Below, one piece after another: positions 28,793-38,357 of a stretch of 64,000 bases of DNA. Numbering within the stretch: the stretch's first letter is position 1; each line of letters begins with the position of its first letter. Both the position numbers and the translations under genes were made by a program. The stretch comes from Bacteroidota bacterium (lineage in GTDB: Bacteria; Bacteroidota; Bacteroidia; AKYH767-A; OLB10): assembly GCA_019136655.1 (NCBI GenBank), contig JAGVTU010000012.1, positions 19,813 through 83,812 on the forward strand. Reading direction: 5' to 3'. The notes beneath the pieces are model-generated. The model saw only the letters and a program-made list of their open reading frames with translations. It had not been told where the DNA came from and made no database searches.

Positions 28793-30654
28793 TGACAATT
28801 AAAAATCTGCAAATACAACTCATTAGAAATTTACGCCACTTAATAGCGGTTGTATTTTTGTTAGCCGGATTTACTGCAAATGCTGCTGAAATAAGTTTTA
28901 CAGCTTCAGTAAACAGAAATCCGATTGGAACCAATGAACAATTTTCAATCACCTTTACGATAAACGCTCAGGCAAGTAATTTTCAGGCTCCTTCATTCAG
29001 AGATTTTAATATTCTGAGCGGACCGAATCAGAGTACGAGCATGCAGTTTATTAATGGCAACATGTCGCAGTCGGTGTCGTTTACCTATTATCTTCAGGCT
29101 AAATCTGAAGGAACTTACCGCATTGACCCGGCTACCATTGAAGTAAATGGTGTGAAAATAAAATCAAATGCACTCACATTAAATGTAGTGAAGGGTCAGG
29201 GAAAACCGCAGGCCGGTGCTAACAATACACAGGGGGATGATGACGGAATCTCAACAAAAAGTGTATTTCTTCGTGTGAGTGTGGACAAATCTTCAGTGTA
29301 TAGAGGAGAAGCTATTCTCGCAACTTATAAACTCTATACCAAGGTTAATTTAATTAATTATACCATTGACAAACTTCCTGCATTAAACGGCTTCTGGTCG
29401 CAGGAACTGAAAATGCCTGATCAACTTGAGTTAAGAACAGAAGTTGTAAACGGAGAACAATACAGAGTAGGTATTGTAAAAAAAGTTATACTGTTTCCAC
29501 AGCAATCAGGCACGCTTACCATTGACCCCATGCAGGGAAGTTGCATTGCACGAGTACAAAATCAACGTAAGCGTTCCAATAATCCTTTCGACATTTTTAA
29601 TGATCCGTTTTTTAACGATCCGTTTTTTGGAACTGCTCGTGATGTAAAAGTGAATGTAAAGAGTGAGCCTGTAAAAATTAATGTAAAAGATTTACCTGCC
29701 GATGCTGATGGTTATTTTAAAGGTGCTGTGGGAAATTTTACAATGCAGGCAGCACTGGATAAAGATCAGGTAAAAGCAAATGATGCCATCAATCTTAAAA
29801 TAAAAATAAGCGGAAAAGGAAATTTAAAACTGATTGATGCTCCTGAATTAAAACTGCCTACTGACTTTGAAACTTACGATCCAAAAATCAACGATAATGT
29901 TTCGGTAACAGAAAATGGAGTAACCGGAAGCAAAACATTTGAATATTTAATCATCCCGCGCCATGAAGGTGATTATACCATTGACCCTGTACACTTCACT
30001 TACTTCGACCTGAATAAAAAGCAATATGTTCAACTCACCTCACCACCATTAAAGATTGCCGTAAAAGGTATCAGTGGTGATGCTTCTGCTGCACAATCAG
30101 TTGCCTCCTATCAGAATAAAACAGATGTAAAACTTTTGGGGAAAGATATTGCTTTCATTAAAACCGGTGTGATGACCACTTACACACACGGTACATTTTT
30201 TGGAAGCCTGTTATTTTATGTACTGCTGTTGCTCCCTGTGATATTGCTTACTGCATTTCTGATTTATAAAAAGCGAAAAGAAAAATTAGCGGGCAATGTA
30301 GCCTACATGCGTAGCACACGCGCAACCAAGATGGCACAAAAAAGACTTTCCGCTGCCAAAAAACAACTTGATGCAGGGAAGACAGATTTATTTTACGAAG
30401 AAATTTTTAAAGGACTCAACGGCTATGCTTCGGACAAATTAGGGATTGACATGGCAGATCTCAACAAAGAAAGTCTAACACGTAAACTGAAGGAAAACAA
30501 TATTTCTGAAGCACTCATATCAAAAATGATTACAACCATTGACACCTGCGAACTTGCAAGATTTGCTTCTCAGTTTCAGAGCACCAATCCGCAACAGACA
30601 TATACCGACAGTGTTTCAATCATCACCGAACTGGAAAACGCTTTAAATGTATAA
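28786..30654 (+). CDS. batD: BatD-family (oxygen tolerance) protein
   Basis: 622 aa: signal peptide, a long beta-rich extracytoplasmic region, one TM helix (FFGSLLFYVLLLLPVILLTAFLIY followed by KKRKEK) and a helical tail. The start overlaps the batC stop (ATGGTAATG). Confidence 0.75.
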   Translation: MVMTIKNLQIQLIRNLRHLIAVVFLLAGFTANAAEISFTASVNRNPIGTNEQFSITFTINAQASNFQAPSFRDFNILSGPNQSTSMQFINGNMSQSVSFTYYLQAKSEGTYRIDPATIEVNGVKIKSNALTLNVVKGQGKPQAGANNTQGDDDGISTKSVFLRVSVDKSSVYRGEAILATYKLYTKVNLINYTIDKLPALNGFWSQELKMPDQLELRTEVVNGEQYRVGIVKKVILFPQQSGTLTIDPMQGSCIARVQNQRKRSNNPFDIFNDPFFNDPFFGTARDVKVNVKSEPVKINVKDLPADADGYFKGAVGNFTMQAALDKDQVKANDAINLKIKISGKGNLKLIDAPELKLPTDFETYDPKINDNVSVTENGVTGSKTFEYLIIPRHEGDYTIDPVHFTYFDLNKKQYVQLTSPPLKIAVKGISGDASAAQSVASYQNKTDVKLLGKDIAFIKTGVMTTYTHGTFFGSLLFYVLLLLPVILLTAFLIYKKRKEKLAGNVAYMRSTRATKMAQKRLSAAKKQLDAGKTDLFYEEIFKGLNGYASDKLGIDMADLNKESLTRKLKENNISEALISKMITTIDTCELARFASQFQSTNPQQTYTDSVSIITELENALNV

Positions 30655-30658
30655 TTCC

Positions 30659-31417
30659 ATGAGAAAAATAGTTTATCTGATATTTGCACTCAGCTTATTC
30701 GCAAAGGGAATATATGCACAAAGCGCTGAGAGCCTGTTTAAAGAAGGCAATGATTTTTATCTTAAACAAAATTATAACCAGGCAATAGAAAAATACAACA
30801 GCATTCTTGCATCAGGTGTGACTTCATTTGAAGTGTATTTCAATCTTGGCAATGCTTATTACAAAACAGGAAATTTTACTCAGGCCATCCTGAACTACGA
30901 GCGTGCCAAGAAATTAAAACCGGATGACAGTGATGTTGCTTTAAACCTTGCACTGGCAAATCAAAATACTATTGATAAAATTGAACCTGCTCCAAAGGTA
31001 TTTTACGAACAATGGTGGGAAAATTATCTGGCTGCCTCTACTACAACTACAAGGGCAATTATTTTTCTGATTATTTTCTGGCTTGCAATTATTTCGTTTG
31101 GGTTGTATGTTTACTTTAAAGTTTATTCGGTAAAAAAGACATTCTTCTTCCTTTCGTTTCTGTTTGCAGGAATAGCATTATTTTATTTTTATGTCACTCT
31201 TCAACAGAACAGGTTAAACGATAATGCCAACAGTGCTTTAATCATTTCGCAGAGTGCCTATATCAAAAGTTCTCCTGATGACAAAGGAACGAATTTGTTT
31301 CAGCTGCACGAAGGAACTAAAATCATGATTACAGGCGAACTTCAGGGATGGAAAAAAATCCAAATTCCCAACGGCAATGAAGGCTGGGTTCGTGAAAAAG
31401 ACATTGAGCAAATCTGA
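30659..31417 (+). CDS. batE: TPR plus SH3-domain protein BatE
   Basis: I chose the ATG at 30659, just after the batD stop; the ATG at 30647 is an alternative. TPR repeats are followed by two TM helices and a C-terminal bacterial SH3-like segment (LHEGTKIMITGELQGWKKIQIPNGNEGWVREKDI). Confidence 0.75.
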   Translation: MRKIVYLIFALSLFAKGIYAQSAESLFKEGNDFYLKQNYNQAIEKYNSILASGVTSFEVYFNLGNAYYKTGNFTQAILNYERAKKLKPDDSDVALNLALANQNTIDKIEPAPKVFYEQWWENYLAASTTTTRAIIFLIIFWLAIISFGLYVYFKVYSVKKTFFFLSFLFAGIALFYFYVTLQQNRLNDNANSALIISQSAYIKSSPDDKGTNLFQLHEGTKIMITGELQGWKKIQIPNGNEGWVREKDIEQI

Positions 31418-33310
31418 TTATTGATTTTTTATCAGCCAACGGTGCAAAGCTATCAGACACCACAACCTGTTGTACAGGTAATCATCACCTGAATAAAATT
31501 GCTGAATCATTTTCTTTACTTCTTCAAACTTAAACAACCCGGCTTCTTCAATCACTTTTTCATTCAGATAGTCATCAATTAAATATTTCCACTCTGTCTT
31601 CAACCATTTGGCCAATGGAATCGAAAAACCACGCTTAGGCCGCATAAATATTTCTTCAGGCACATAGTTTGCCAAAAGTTTTTTCAGCGGATATTTATTG
31701 ATGCCATTTTTTATTTTTATGGACGGGTCAATCTGAAGTGCAAGTTGCACCAAGTTATTATCCAACAAAGGCACACGCGCTTCAATGGAATGTTGCATGG
31801 TAGCTCTGTCAACCTTGGTGAGCAAATCGTCCTGCAGCGGATACATTATTTCATATAACGACTGCAATTCTTCAGAAGCAGTGTAATGCAATCCATTAAA
31901 TATGGACCAAAGAGAAGCAAAATAGTTTTCAGTAAATTGATTTAAACCCGCTACATGTTTATCTGAAATTAAATTTTTCAGTTCGTCAAAGTTAAACAGG
32001 TATTGCTCCTGAGAGTAAATATGCTCCGGCAAAAATGTTTTTCCTGAATCATATTTAAGCAATTCTGATACCCGTTTATATCGTGATGATAATTGCTTAA
32101 ACAGAAATCTCATCGGCACTCTGAATGTGTTGAACGGAAATTTATTTAGCCGAACTGACCAGTTGTGGGTACCATAACCAAAGAACAACTCATCTCCTCC
32201 CTCACCTGACAGCACTACTTTCACATGCCGGGCTGCCAACTTCGATACGAGCATGGTTGGAACTCCTGATGTATCGGCATATGGTTCATCATAAACATCA
32301 AAAAAAGTTTCTATTAATGCTATAGCATCAGAATGTGAAACAATAAACTCATGATGATTTGTTCCGAGATGTGAAGCCACTGCGCGTGCATGCGGTGCTT
32401 CGTTATGTGATTGCTCTCTAAAGCCAATTGAAAAAGTGTTCAGCTTGCCATTCACATGTTTTGTGGCAAGAGCTGTCACAAGGCTGGAGTCCACTCCTCC
32501 ACTTAAAAAAATACCGTATGGAACATCACTGCGCAATTGAATCTTCACCGCTTCTGACAATGTTGAATCCAACTTCGTTATTACTTCCTTCTCATTATTC
32601 AGTTTATTTCTATCAACTTGTTTGGTCAGCTCCCAGAATTTATTTTTTTCAATTCCATTTCTGCTTACTGTAAGACTGGTTCCGCTCTCAAGTTTATGAA
32701 TGTTTTTATAGATTGTAAATGGTGATGGAATAAAACCTGATCGCAAAAAATAAAATATGGATTCCTGATTTATTTCTTTAGAAATACTTTCAAGTGCTGT
32801 GAGTGCTTTCAACTCTGATGCAAATGCAAAATTGCCCTCAGAATCGCCATACCAAAACAAGGGCTTAATACCCATCCTGTCGCGGTATAAACAGAGTTTG
32901 TGTTCTTGTCTGTCATAAATGCAAATAGCAAACATTCCGTTCAATTCCGAAACAAAATTTTTTCCATGCAGCTCAAAAAGTCGGAGCACAACTTCCGAGT
33001 CACTGGTAGTTTTAAACTCAGCCATTGCTGTACCTTTATGTTCCTGAATGATTTTATCTTTCAGCTCAACATAATTGTACACTTCGCCATTGTACACCAT
33101 CACATATCGCCCGTCATGTGATGACATAGGTTGCGATGCTCGATTATCCAAATCTATAATGGACAATCTGCGATGTAATAACATCACTTCGTCCTCTTCA
33201 AAAAAACCGTAACCATCGGGTCCGCGATGATGCAGTTTTTCACCTGCAGCCTGTAAGTCAGCTTTGCTGAAAAATCCTTTAGTGGAAAAAGTACCGGCTA
33301 TACCACACAT
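31418..33310 (-). CDS. asnB: Asparagine synthase (glutamine-hydrolysing) family amidotransferase
   Basis: N-terminal nucleophile MCGIAG and PP-loop SGGVDSS, 630 aa. It is the last gene of a glycosyltransferase operon and shares 1 nt with the upstream stop (TGATG). Confidence 0.88.
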   Translation of the reverse strand: MCGIAGTFSTKGFFSKADLQAAGEKLHHRGPDGYGFFEEDEVMLLHRRLSIIDLDNRASQPMSSHDGRYVMVYNGEVYNYVELKDKIIQEHKGTAMAEFKTTSDSEVVLRLFELHGKNFVSELNGMFAICIYDRQEHKLCLYRDRMGIKPLFWYGDSEGNFAFASELKALTALESISKEINQESIFYFLRSGFIPSPFTIYKNIHKLESGTSLTVSRNGIEKNKFWELTKQVDRNKLNNEKEVITKLDSTLSEAVKIQLRSDVPYGIFLSGGVDSSLVTALATKHVNGKLNTFSIGFREQSHNEAPHARAVASHLGTNHHEFIVSHSDAIALIETFFDVYDEPYADTSGVPTMLVSKLAARHVKVVLSGEGGDELFFGYGTHNWSVRLNKFPFNTFRVPMRFLFKQLSSRYKRVSELLKYDSGKTFLPEHIYSQEQYLFNFDELKNLISDKHVAGLNQFTENYFASLWSIFNGLHYTASEELQSLYEIMYPLQDDLLTKVDRATMQHSIEARVPLLDNNLVQLALQIDPSIKIKNGINKYPLKKLLANYVPEEIFMRPKRGFSIPLAKWLKTEWKYLIDDYLNEKVIEEAGLFKFEEVKKMIQQFYSGDDYLYNRLWCLIALHRWLIKNQ

Positions 33311-34203
33311 CAGTTTATAAATAATTTGATAAGTGCTTTATAAAAAAGTACGTTTCTATAGGTAGATGGGTACTTCAGAACTTTCAGCAGTTCGCGCGAG
33401 CCTTCCTTTGTTTTTTTTGCTGACAGATAAACATTGCTGATAACCAACTGAACATATTGCCTCATGCTTTTCTCAATTTTTTCAGGCACTTGAAAATTAT
33501 CTATAAAATAATTGGTAGCAAAAACATTCCAGTAAACAAACAACTCAGGTGAAATAAGATTTACAGAACGGTTTTCGTGAGTGTTTACAAAATTGGTGAT
33601 GATTCCGGATTTCAGAATCTTATACCGGTTGCTGAACATTCTGAAAAAAAGCAAGTCTTCTGCTGCAAGAATATTTATTTCAGGAAACAACAAATCAGGG
33701 CAACTGGCTTTATTATAACAAAACTGATTGAGCGAAATAGGATTGGTATCAGCAAAATCATCCAGACTCAGCACCACAAAATCACGATAATATCTACACT
33801 TGTTATGATCTCTTATTCTGTCTTCGAAAACCAACTCGGTAGCTATACCGCTGAATGACGGAAATCTCTTTATCAGAGTTTGCAACGTCTCTAAATGATT
33901 ATCCAAATAAAAATCATCTGAATCTAAGAAGGCAATCCATTTTCCTTTAGCATATGCAATACCTGAATTGCGGGCCTGGCATCTTCCTTTGTTTTCATGT
34001 GAAATAACTTTAATCCGCTGATCTATTTTCTCCAGTTCGCTCAGTACTTCCAGCGTATTGTCCGTACTTCCGTCATTGATGCATATCAATTCAAAATCCT
34101 GAAACGTCTGTCTTAAAACAGAGTCAATAGATTCCTTTACCAGTTCAGCACGATTGTAAACCGGCATGATAACGCTAAAGTATGGCTGTTCATCAGTCAA
34201 CAT
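33310..34203 (-). CDS. Glycosyltransferase family 2
   Basis: The N-terminal FSVIMPVYNRAELVKESIDSVLRQTFQDFELICINDGSTDNT and a DxD motif (LDSDD) are typical of the GT-A fold. Confidence 0.85.
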   Translation of the reverse strand: MLTDEQPYFSVIMPVYNRAELVKESIDSVLRQTFQDFELICINDGSTDNTLEVLSELEKIDQRIKVISHENKGRCQARNSGIAYAKGKWIAFLDSDDFYLDNHLETLQTLIKRFPSFSGIATELVFEDRIRDHNKCRYYRDFVVLSLDDFADTNPISLNQFCYNKASCPDLLFPEINILAAEDLLFFRMFSNRYKILKSGIITNFVNTHENRSVNLISPELFVYWNVFATNYFIDNFQVPEKIEKSMRQYVQLVISNVYLSAKKTKEGSRELLKVLKYPSTYRNVLFYKALIKLFIN

Positions 34204-35059
34204 TTGCCATTCCTCCTTTCATGCCTTTACGCAAACCTGACATGCAACACATCATCTCACTCATCAAAATGAATGAATAAACAATTTTCATTCTTCGCAT
34301 CAACATCCACACACTGCTTCTATAAGCTTTACTCATTAGCTGCACGCGCAATGGATTATCCATAATCAGATTACGCACTGCATAACTCATTGTAAGTATC
34401 AATTGGTCGAAATAATTTCTGTTGTAAATCTTTTTAGGAGGTTTACACACACATGTAAAACGGTTGATACGCTGCAGTGAAAATGTTTTCATAAAAGCCA
34501 GCTTTACCATCAGATCCGAATGCGATTCAAACCATAATCCCGGAAGTAATACAGTTTGTGCTACAGAATGATGAATCATCATCTGGCTCAGACTCACATA
34601 TTCTTTAAAATCCACATTGCTGAAGTCAATTCTGTTCTCTGTCAAAATCGGTTGTTTAATACATTTTAAACTCCCACCTGCATTCTGAGTGTAAAAAAAC
34701 TTTTCACCAAAGCATTGCTGTGTAGCATCATTCATAGCGGTAAGATGATAGGGCATCCACTCATCTGTTGGCTTCAGAAAGCAAATCCATCCATCCGGTA
34801 TTTTTTTTATCACATCAGCCAGCAAACTGATACCCTCAAGTGCATTACCATTTACACAATGAACTACCCATTTCTCTGCAGCTATATTTTCACCAAACTC
34901 CGACTTAAACTGAACGCTGTACTGATTATCAACAACAACATGTATTACATACTTCTTGAGATATTGCCTGTTGATGACCTGTTCATTCTTTCGCAGCAAA
35001 GACTGATTGCCCTGATAGAGCAGTATAACATGAAACATATTCTCTGAATTACCAATCAT
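34193..35059 (-). CDS. Hypothetical protein in a glycosyltransferase operon (possibly a degenerate GT-A-like fold)
   Basis: 288-aa ORF with an ATG start, overlapping its downstream neighbour by 11 nt and lying 1 nt from the upstream gene. I recognise no canonical motif. The C-terminus is rich in Met and Cys. Confidence 0.6.
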   Translation of the reverse strand: MIGNSENMFHVILLYQGNQSLLRKNEQVINRQYLKKYVIHVVVDNQYSVQFKSEFGENIAAEKWVVHCVNGNALEGISLLADVIKKIPDGWICFLKPTDEWMPYHLTAMNDATQQCFGEKFFYTQNAGGSLKCIKQPILTENRIDFSNVDFKEYVSLSQMMIHHSVAQTVLLPGLWFESHSDLMVKLAFMKTFSLQRINRFTCVCKPPKKIYNRNYFDQLILTMSYAVRNLIMDNPLRVQLMSKAYRSSVWMLMRRMKIVYSFILMSEMMCCMSGLRKGMKGGMANVD

Positions 35060-35060
35060 A

Positions 35061-36182
35061 TCAATCAGTGTAGTTATATAAGTTTAACAGTTTACGAAAA
35101 TAAAGATTCATACCAAACTTGTGCGTAATACTTTTTCTTCCTTCTGCAACAATTATCTCACGAAGAGAACTGTCTGATAAAAGTTCACACAATGCTTTAT
35201 AAATATCTGATTCATCACCATACTTGCATACCAAAGCATTTTTTCTGTCTTCAATAAACTCAAGAGCTATTCCGCTTAATGTAAATACTGATGGTACTCC
35301 GGCTGCCAATGCTTCAACATATACCTGGCCAAAGGCTTCATACTCGGCATATTCGGGCACATGCACAAACACATCGAACAGTTTGTACAATGCAAATAAA
35401 TTATACTCAAACCTGATTTCTCTGTACGACTTCTCCGGAAGTTGTTTCAACAGTGTCTTTATCTCTCTGGCATAGGAGCCATGACTATTAGCTAAAACAA
35501 GAACAGCATTCGGATATTTTTTCAGCAACTTCTCAAATGCAGGAATAACATGCTGTATCCCTTTTCCTTTTTCATAACGGCTGATCATTCCAACTACGGG
35601 ATGTTTGTCCTTTAAATTATACTTTTCACACAGTTGTTCAACTTCCTCTGCGCTAACATTTATAAAAGCATCCAGTTCAAATCCATGATGTATAAGATGC
35701 ACTTTTGATTTCTTAACCTGTTCAGTATTTATCAGTATATCCTCTACATTTTTGCTGATTGCAACAATGTCCGTAGCAAGGCGATTGCAATAACGATCGT
35801 ACTTAACTGCTCCCTGATGAAAACGATGATGAAAATCGGAATGATGACGGGTGTAAATTCTCTTCTTCACACGTGCAAGCCATGCAGCAGTAAGGCCTGA
35901 GATGTTTGCATCAAAGAGATGAGTATGTACTATATCAATCTTGTTTTTGACAAGATACTGATAGATTAAAGCTGTTGCTCTCGGGATATCTTTCTTAGAA
36001 TTATACTTTATAAAAAGACATGGAATTTTGTGATGGCGTACATAACGTTCGATATGCCATTGTTCAGGATTCAGAAAAATAAAATGCAGCTTCATGTGTT
36101 GCTCCAGTGCCTTCTCAATGAACCATTCATACTGAACAGCTCTGTCGTGAAAAGATAAAATAAGACATACCGATGGCTTCAT
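35061..36182 (-). CDS. Glycosyltransferase family 4 (GT-B fold)
   Basis: The C-terminal-domain E-x7-E-type motif (PEYAEYEAFGQVYVEALAAGVPSV) is typical of GT4. ATGA overlap with the upstream gene. Confidence 0.8.
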   Translation of the reverse strand: MKPSVCLILSFHDRAVQYEWFIEKALEQHMKLHFIFLNPEQWHIERYVRHHKIPCLFIKYNSKKDIPRATALIYQYLVKNKIDIVHTHLFDANISGLTAAWLARVKKRIYTRHHSDFHHRFHQGAVKYDRYCNRLATDIVAISKNVEDILINTEQVKKSKVHLIHHGFELDAFINVSAEEVEQLCEKYNLKDKHPVVGMISRYEKGKGIQHVIPAFEKLLKKYPNAVLVLANSHGSYAREIKTLLKQLPEKSYREIRFEYNLFALYKLFDVFVHVPEYAEYEAFGQVYVEALAAGVPSVFTLSGIALEFIEDRKNALVCKYGDESDIYKALCELLSDSSLREIIVAEGRKSITHKFGMNLYFRKLLNLYNYTD

Positions 36183-37456
36183 GATTTCAGGATATGATGT
36201 ATTTTATCTGCAAGAATTTTCGTCTGATTCTCTCGTGAGAAAAACAACTCTCTGTCGTTTACTGCCAATGGTTTCAGATTACCTGACTTCCATTTTTGAT
36301 AAGCCTCGGTGAGTGCAGCAACAAATTCGTCAGCAGTATTTGCAATGTATCCGCGTTGTGTATTCTGCACCATCTGATCCACAACATCATCATCACCGGG
36401 TGCAACCATTATCAAACGACCAGACCCAAGGTATTCAAAAATTTTTGTTGTATAAATACCCTGATATTGTTTCCATGCAGGGATAAATAACATGTGACTT
36501 TGTTTGTAATAATCGAGCACCTCACTTCTTGGCAGTTTGGATGTAATGAACGGTTTCATTTCACTGAGTTCAGTGCTGATTCTGTCTGCAATGGAATCCA
36601 CTGCTTTTACTCCGATAAAATTCAGTTTGAAAGAATTTTTATCTTCAAGCTGAGCATAAAATTTTTTTAATCCTTCAATAAGAATTGAAATATTCTGATA
36701 AGGATAAATGGTGCCGATACTTGCAAAAACAAACTGATTGGCAGGTGGAGAAGTTTCCTGAACCTGTTTAAACAAACGCCATTCAAATCCATTGGTAATT
36801 TCAGCAGTTTCGCCTTTATAAATTCTTTTAATTTGATGCACCAGTGCTTTACTCACTGTTGTCACAAGGTTTGCATTTTTGAGCCATCGTGAAATATAAA
36901 ACTCTTCAATGCTGTTCATCAGTTTTCCGCGCAAGCTCATCTGATGACCTGAACCGGTGATATAATTATTCCATATATCACGAAAGTCCATTACAAAGGG
37001 CAGGTTAAATTCTTTTCCCAACTCACTTGCAAGTCGCACCAGATTGTGCGGTGGTGCTGAAATTAAAATCAAATCTGTTTTTTTCTCTGAAAGTAATTTT
37101 CTGCAATAATCTCTGAATGCATGATAGGCATCTATTTCCGGATTGAAATGTCCGGATGCAAACTCTTTCAGGTGATACAGTTTACTCAGCATCCTGTTGT
37201 TTTCAGTATAGGAAGGTTTCTTTGGCTTATAAGGCAAAAAGTGTGCTGTAAATGCTTCCGTCTTTACAACATTAACTTCTTTATCTGTTGGCTTTGTAAA
37301 ATCTAACCAGTGCGATTCTTTTCCTGTGAAATGCCGAGTGACTACCGTTAATTCAATTTCGTGTTTAAAAAAATCATTTGCCCAGCTCATAATTCTGGGA
37401 GTAGCCACAGCATTTCCCGGATCAAAATAATAGGTAATCAGCAGAACTCTTTTCAA
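36179..37456 (-). CDS. Glycosyltransferase (GT-B fold, GT4-like)
   Basis: N-terminal KRVLLITYYFDPGN and C-terminal TTKIFEYLGSGRLIMVAPGDD resemble WbuB-like GT4 enzymes. The apparent start is TTG, which is uncertain. Confidence 0.7.
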   Translation of the reverse strand: MKRVLLITYYFDPGNAVATPRIMSWANDFFKHEIELTVVTRHFTGKESHWLDFTKPTDKEVNVVKTEAFTAHFLPYKPKKPSYTENNRMLSKLYHLKEFASGHFNPEIDAYHAFRDYCRKLLSEKKTDLILISAPPHNLVRLASELGKEFNLPFVMDFRDIWNNYITGSGHQMSLRGKLMNSIEEFYISRWLKNANLVTTVSKALVHQIKRIYKGETAEITNGFEWRLFKQVQETSPPANQFVFASIGTIYPYQNISILIEGLKKFYAQLEDKNSFKLNFIGVKAVDSIADRISTELSEMKPFITSKLPRSEVLDYYKQSHMLFIPAWKQYQGIYTTKIFEYLGSGRLIMVAPGDDDVVDQMVQNTQRGYIANTADEFVAALTEAYQKWKSGNLKPLAVNDRELFFSRENQTKILADKIHHILKS

Positions 37457-37467
37457 AAGAAAAATTG

Positions 37468-38181
37468 TTAATCTTTAACATCCATCAGTTCAACATCAAA
37501 AACCAAGGTTGCCTCTTCAGGAATTACAGGAGGATAGCCTTGCTTGCCATAGCCCAACTGATAGGGAATTATTAATCTGCATTGCGAGCCTACATTAAGC
37601 AACTGAATTCCCTGCTCCCATCCCTGAATGACTCTTCCTGTTCCCAACATAAATTCAATTGGCTCACCACGCTCAACTGATGAATCGAAAAGCGTGCCAT
37701 CTTCAAGATATCCGCTGTAGTGCACAGATACTGTCGCGCCCTTAGCTGCAGGTTTTCCATTTCCTTTTTTCAGCATGATATACTCAAGTCCTGATGGCAG
37801 TTTTTGTTTTTCAAGACCATCCACATTGTATGGCACTACTTTTACTTTTGGTATTACCTCCAACAGTTCAACATCAAAAACAAGAGTGGAATTGGCAGGA
37901 ATTGTTCCAACAGCACGGTTGCCATAACCTGCTTCCGCAGGAATGGTAAGGGTAGCTTTATCGCCTTGCTCAAGCATCATGAATGCCTCATCCCATCCTC
38001 TGATAACCTGGCCTACACCAACATTGAATTTGAATGGCTCATTACGGTCAACAGAACTGTCGAACTTTGTTCCATCTTCAAGTTTACCGGTATAGTGCAC
38101 AATAACACGATCGCCCTGTGAGGGTTTTGCTCCTTTTCCTTTATGTGTAATTTTTATTTCTACGCCTGATTTTGTTGTCAT
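37468..38181 (-). CDS. Tandem-domain FKBP-type peptidyl-prolyl cis-trans isomerase (no signal peptide)
   Basis: Two consecutive FKBP domains, each with V.VHY.G.LEDGT.FDSS..R.EP..F..G.G.VI.GW. and ending TLVFDVEL. The stop is 11 nt upstream of the next gene's start. Confidence 0.88.
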   Translation of the reverse strand: MTTKSGVEIKITHKGKGAKPSQGDRVIVHYTGKLEDGTKFDSSVDRNEPFKFNVGVGQVIRGWDEAFMMLEQGDKATLTIPAEAGYGNRAVGTIPANSTLVFDVELLEVIPKVKVVPYNVDGLEKQKLPSGLEYIMLKKGNGKPAAKGATVSVHYSGYLEDGTLFDSSVERGEPIEFMLGTGRVIQGWEQGIQLLNVGSQCRLIIPYQLGYGKQGYPPVIPEEATLVFDVELMDVKD

Positions 38182-38237
38182 TGATTCTGATTTCTATTTT
38201 AAATTATTTGAATATTTTTTTTGAATTCATCAGAAAG

Positions 38238-38245
38238 CAAACATA
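38238..38245 (-). promoter_or_regulatory. Bacteroidota -7 box (TATGTTTG) for the FKBP/glycosyltransferase operon
   Basis: The plus strand reads caaacata, which is TATGTTTG on the minus strand, 57 nt upstream of the FKBP ATG. Confidence 0.45.
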
Positions 38246-38357
38246 CAATTAGTTTCTGCAATTCTCATTGTTGTGGTTTTACAATTTTCTGAAGTTTTCA
38301 TACTGAAAATGTTAGTCTTTATCCTCTGTCACAAAATATATTGCAGACTGTTGTTGC

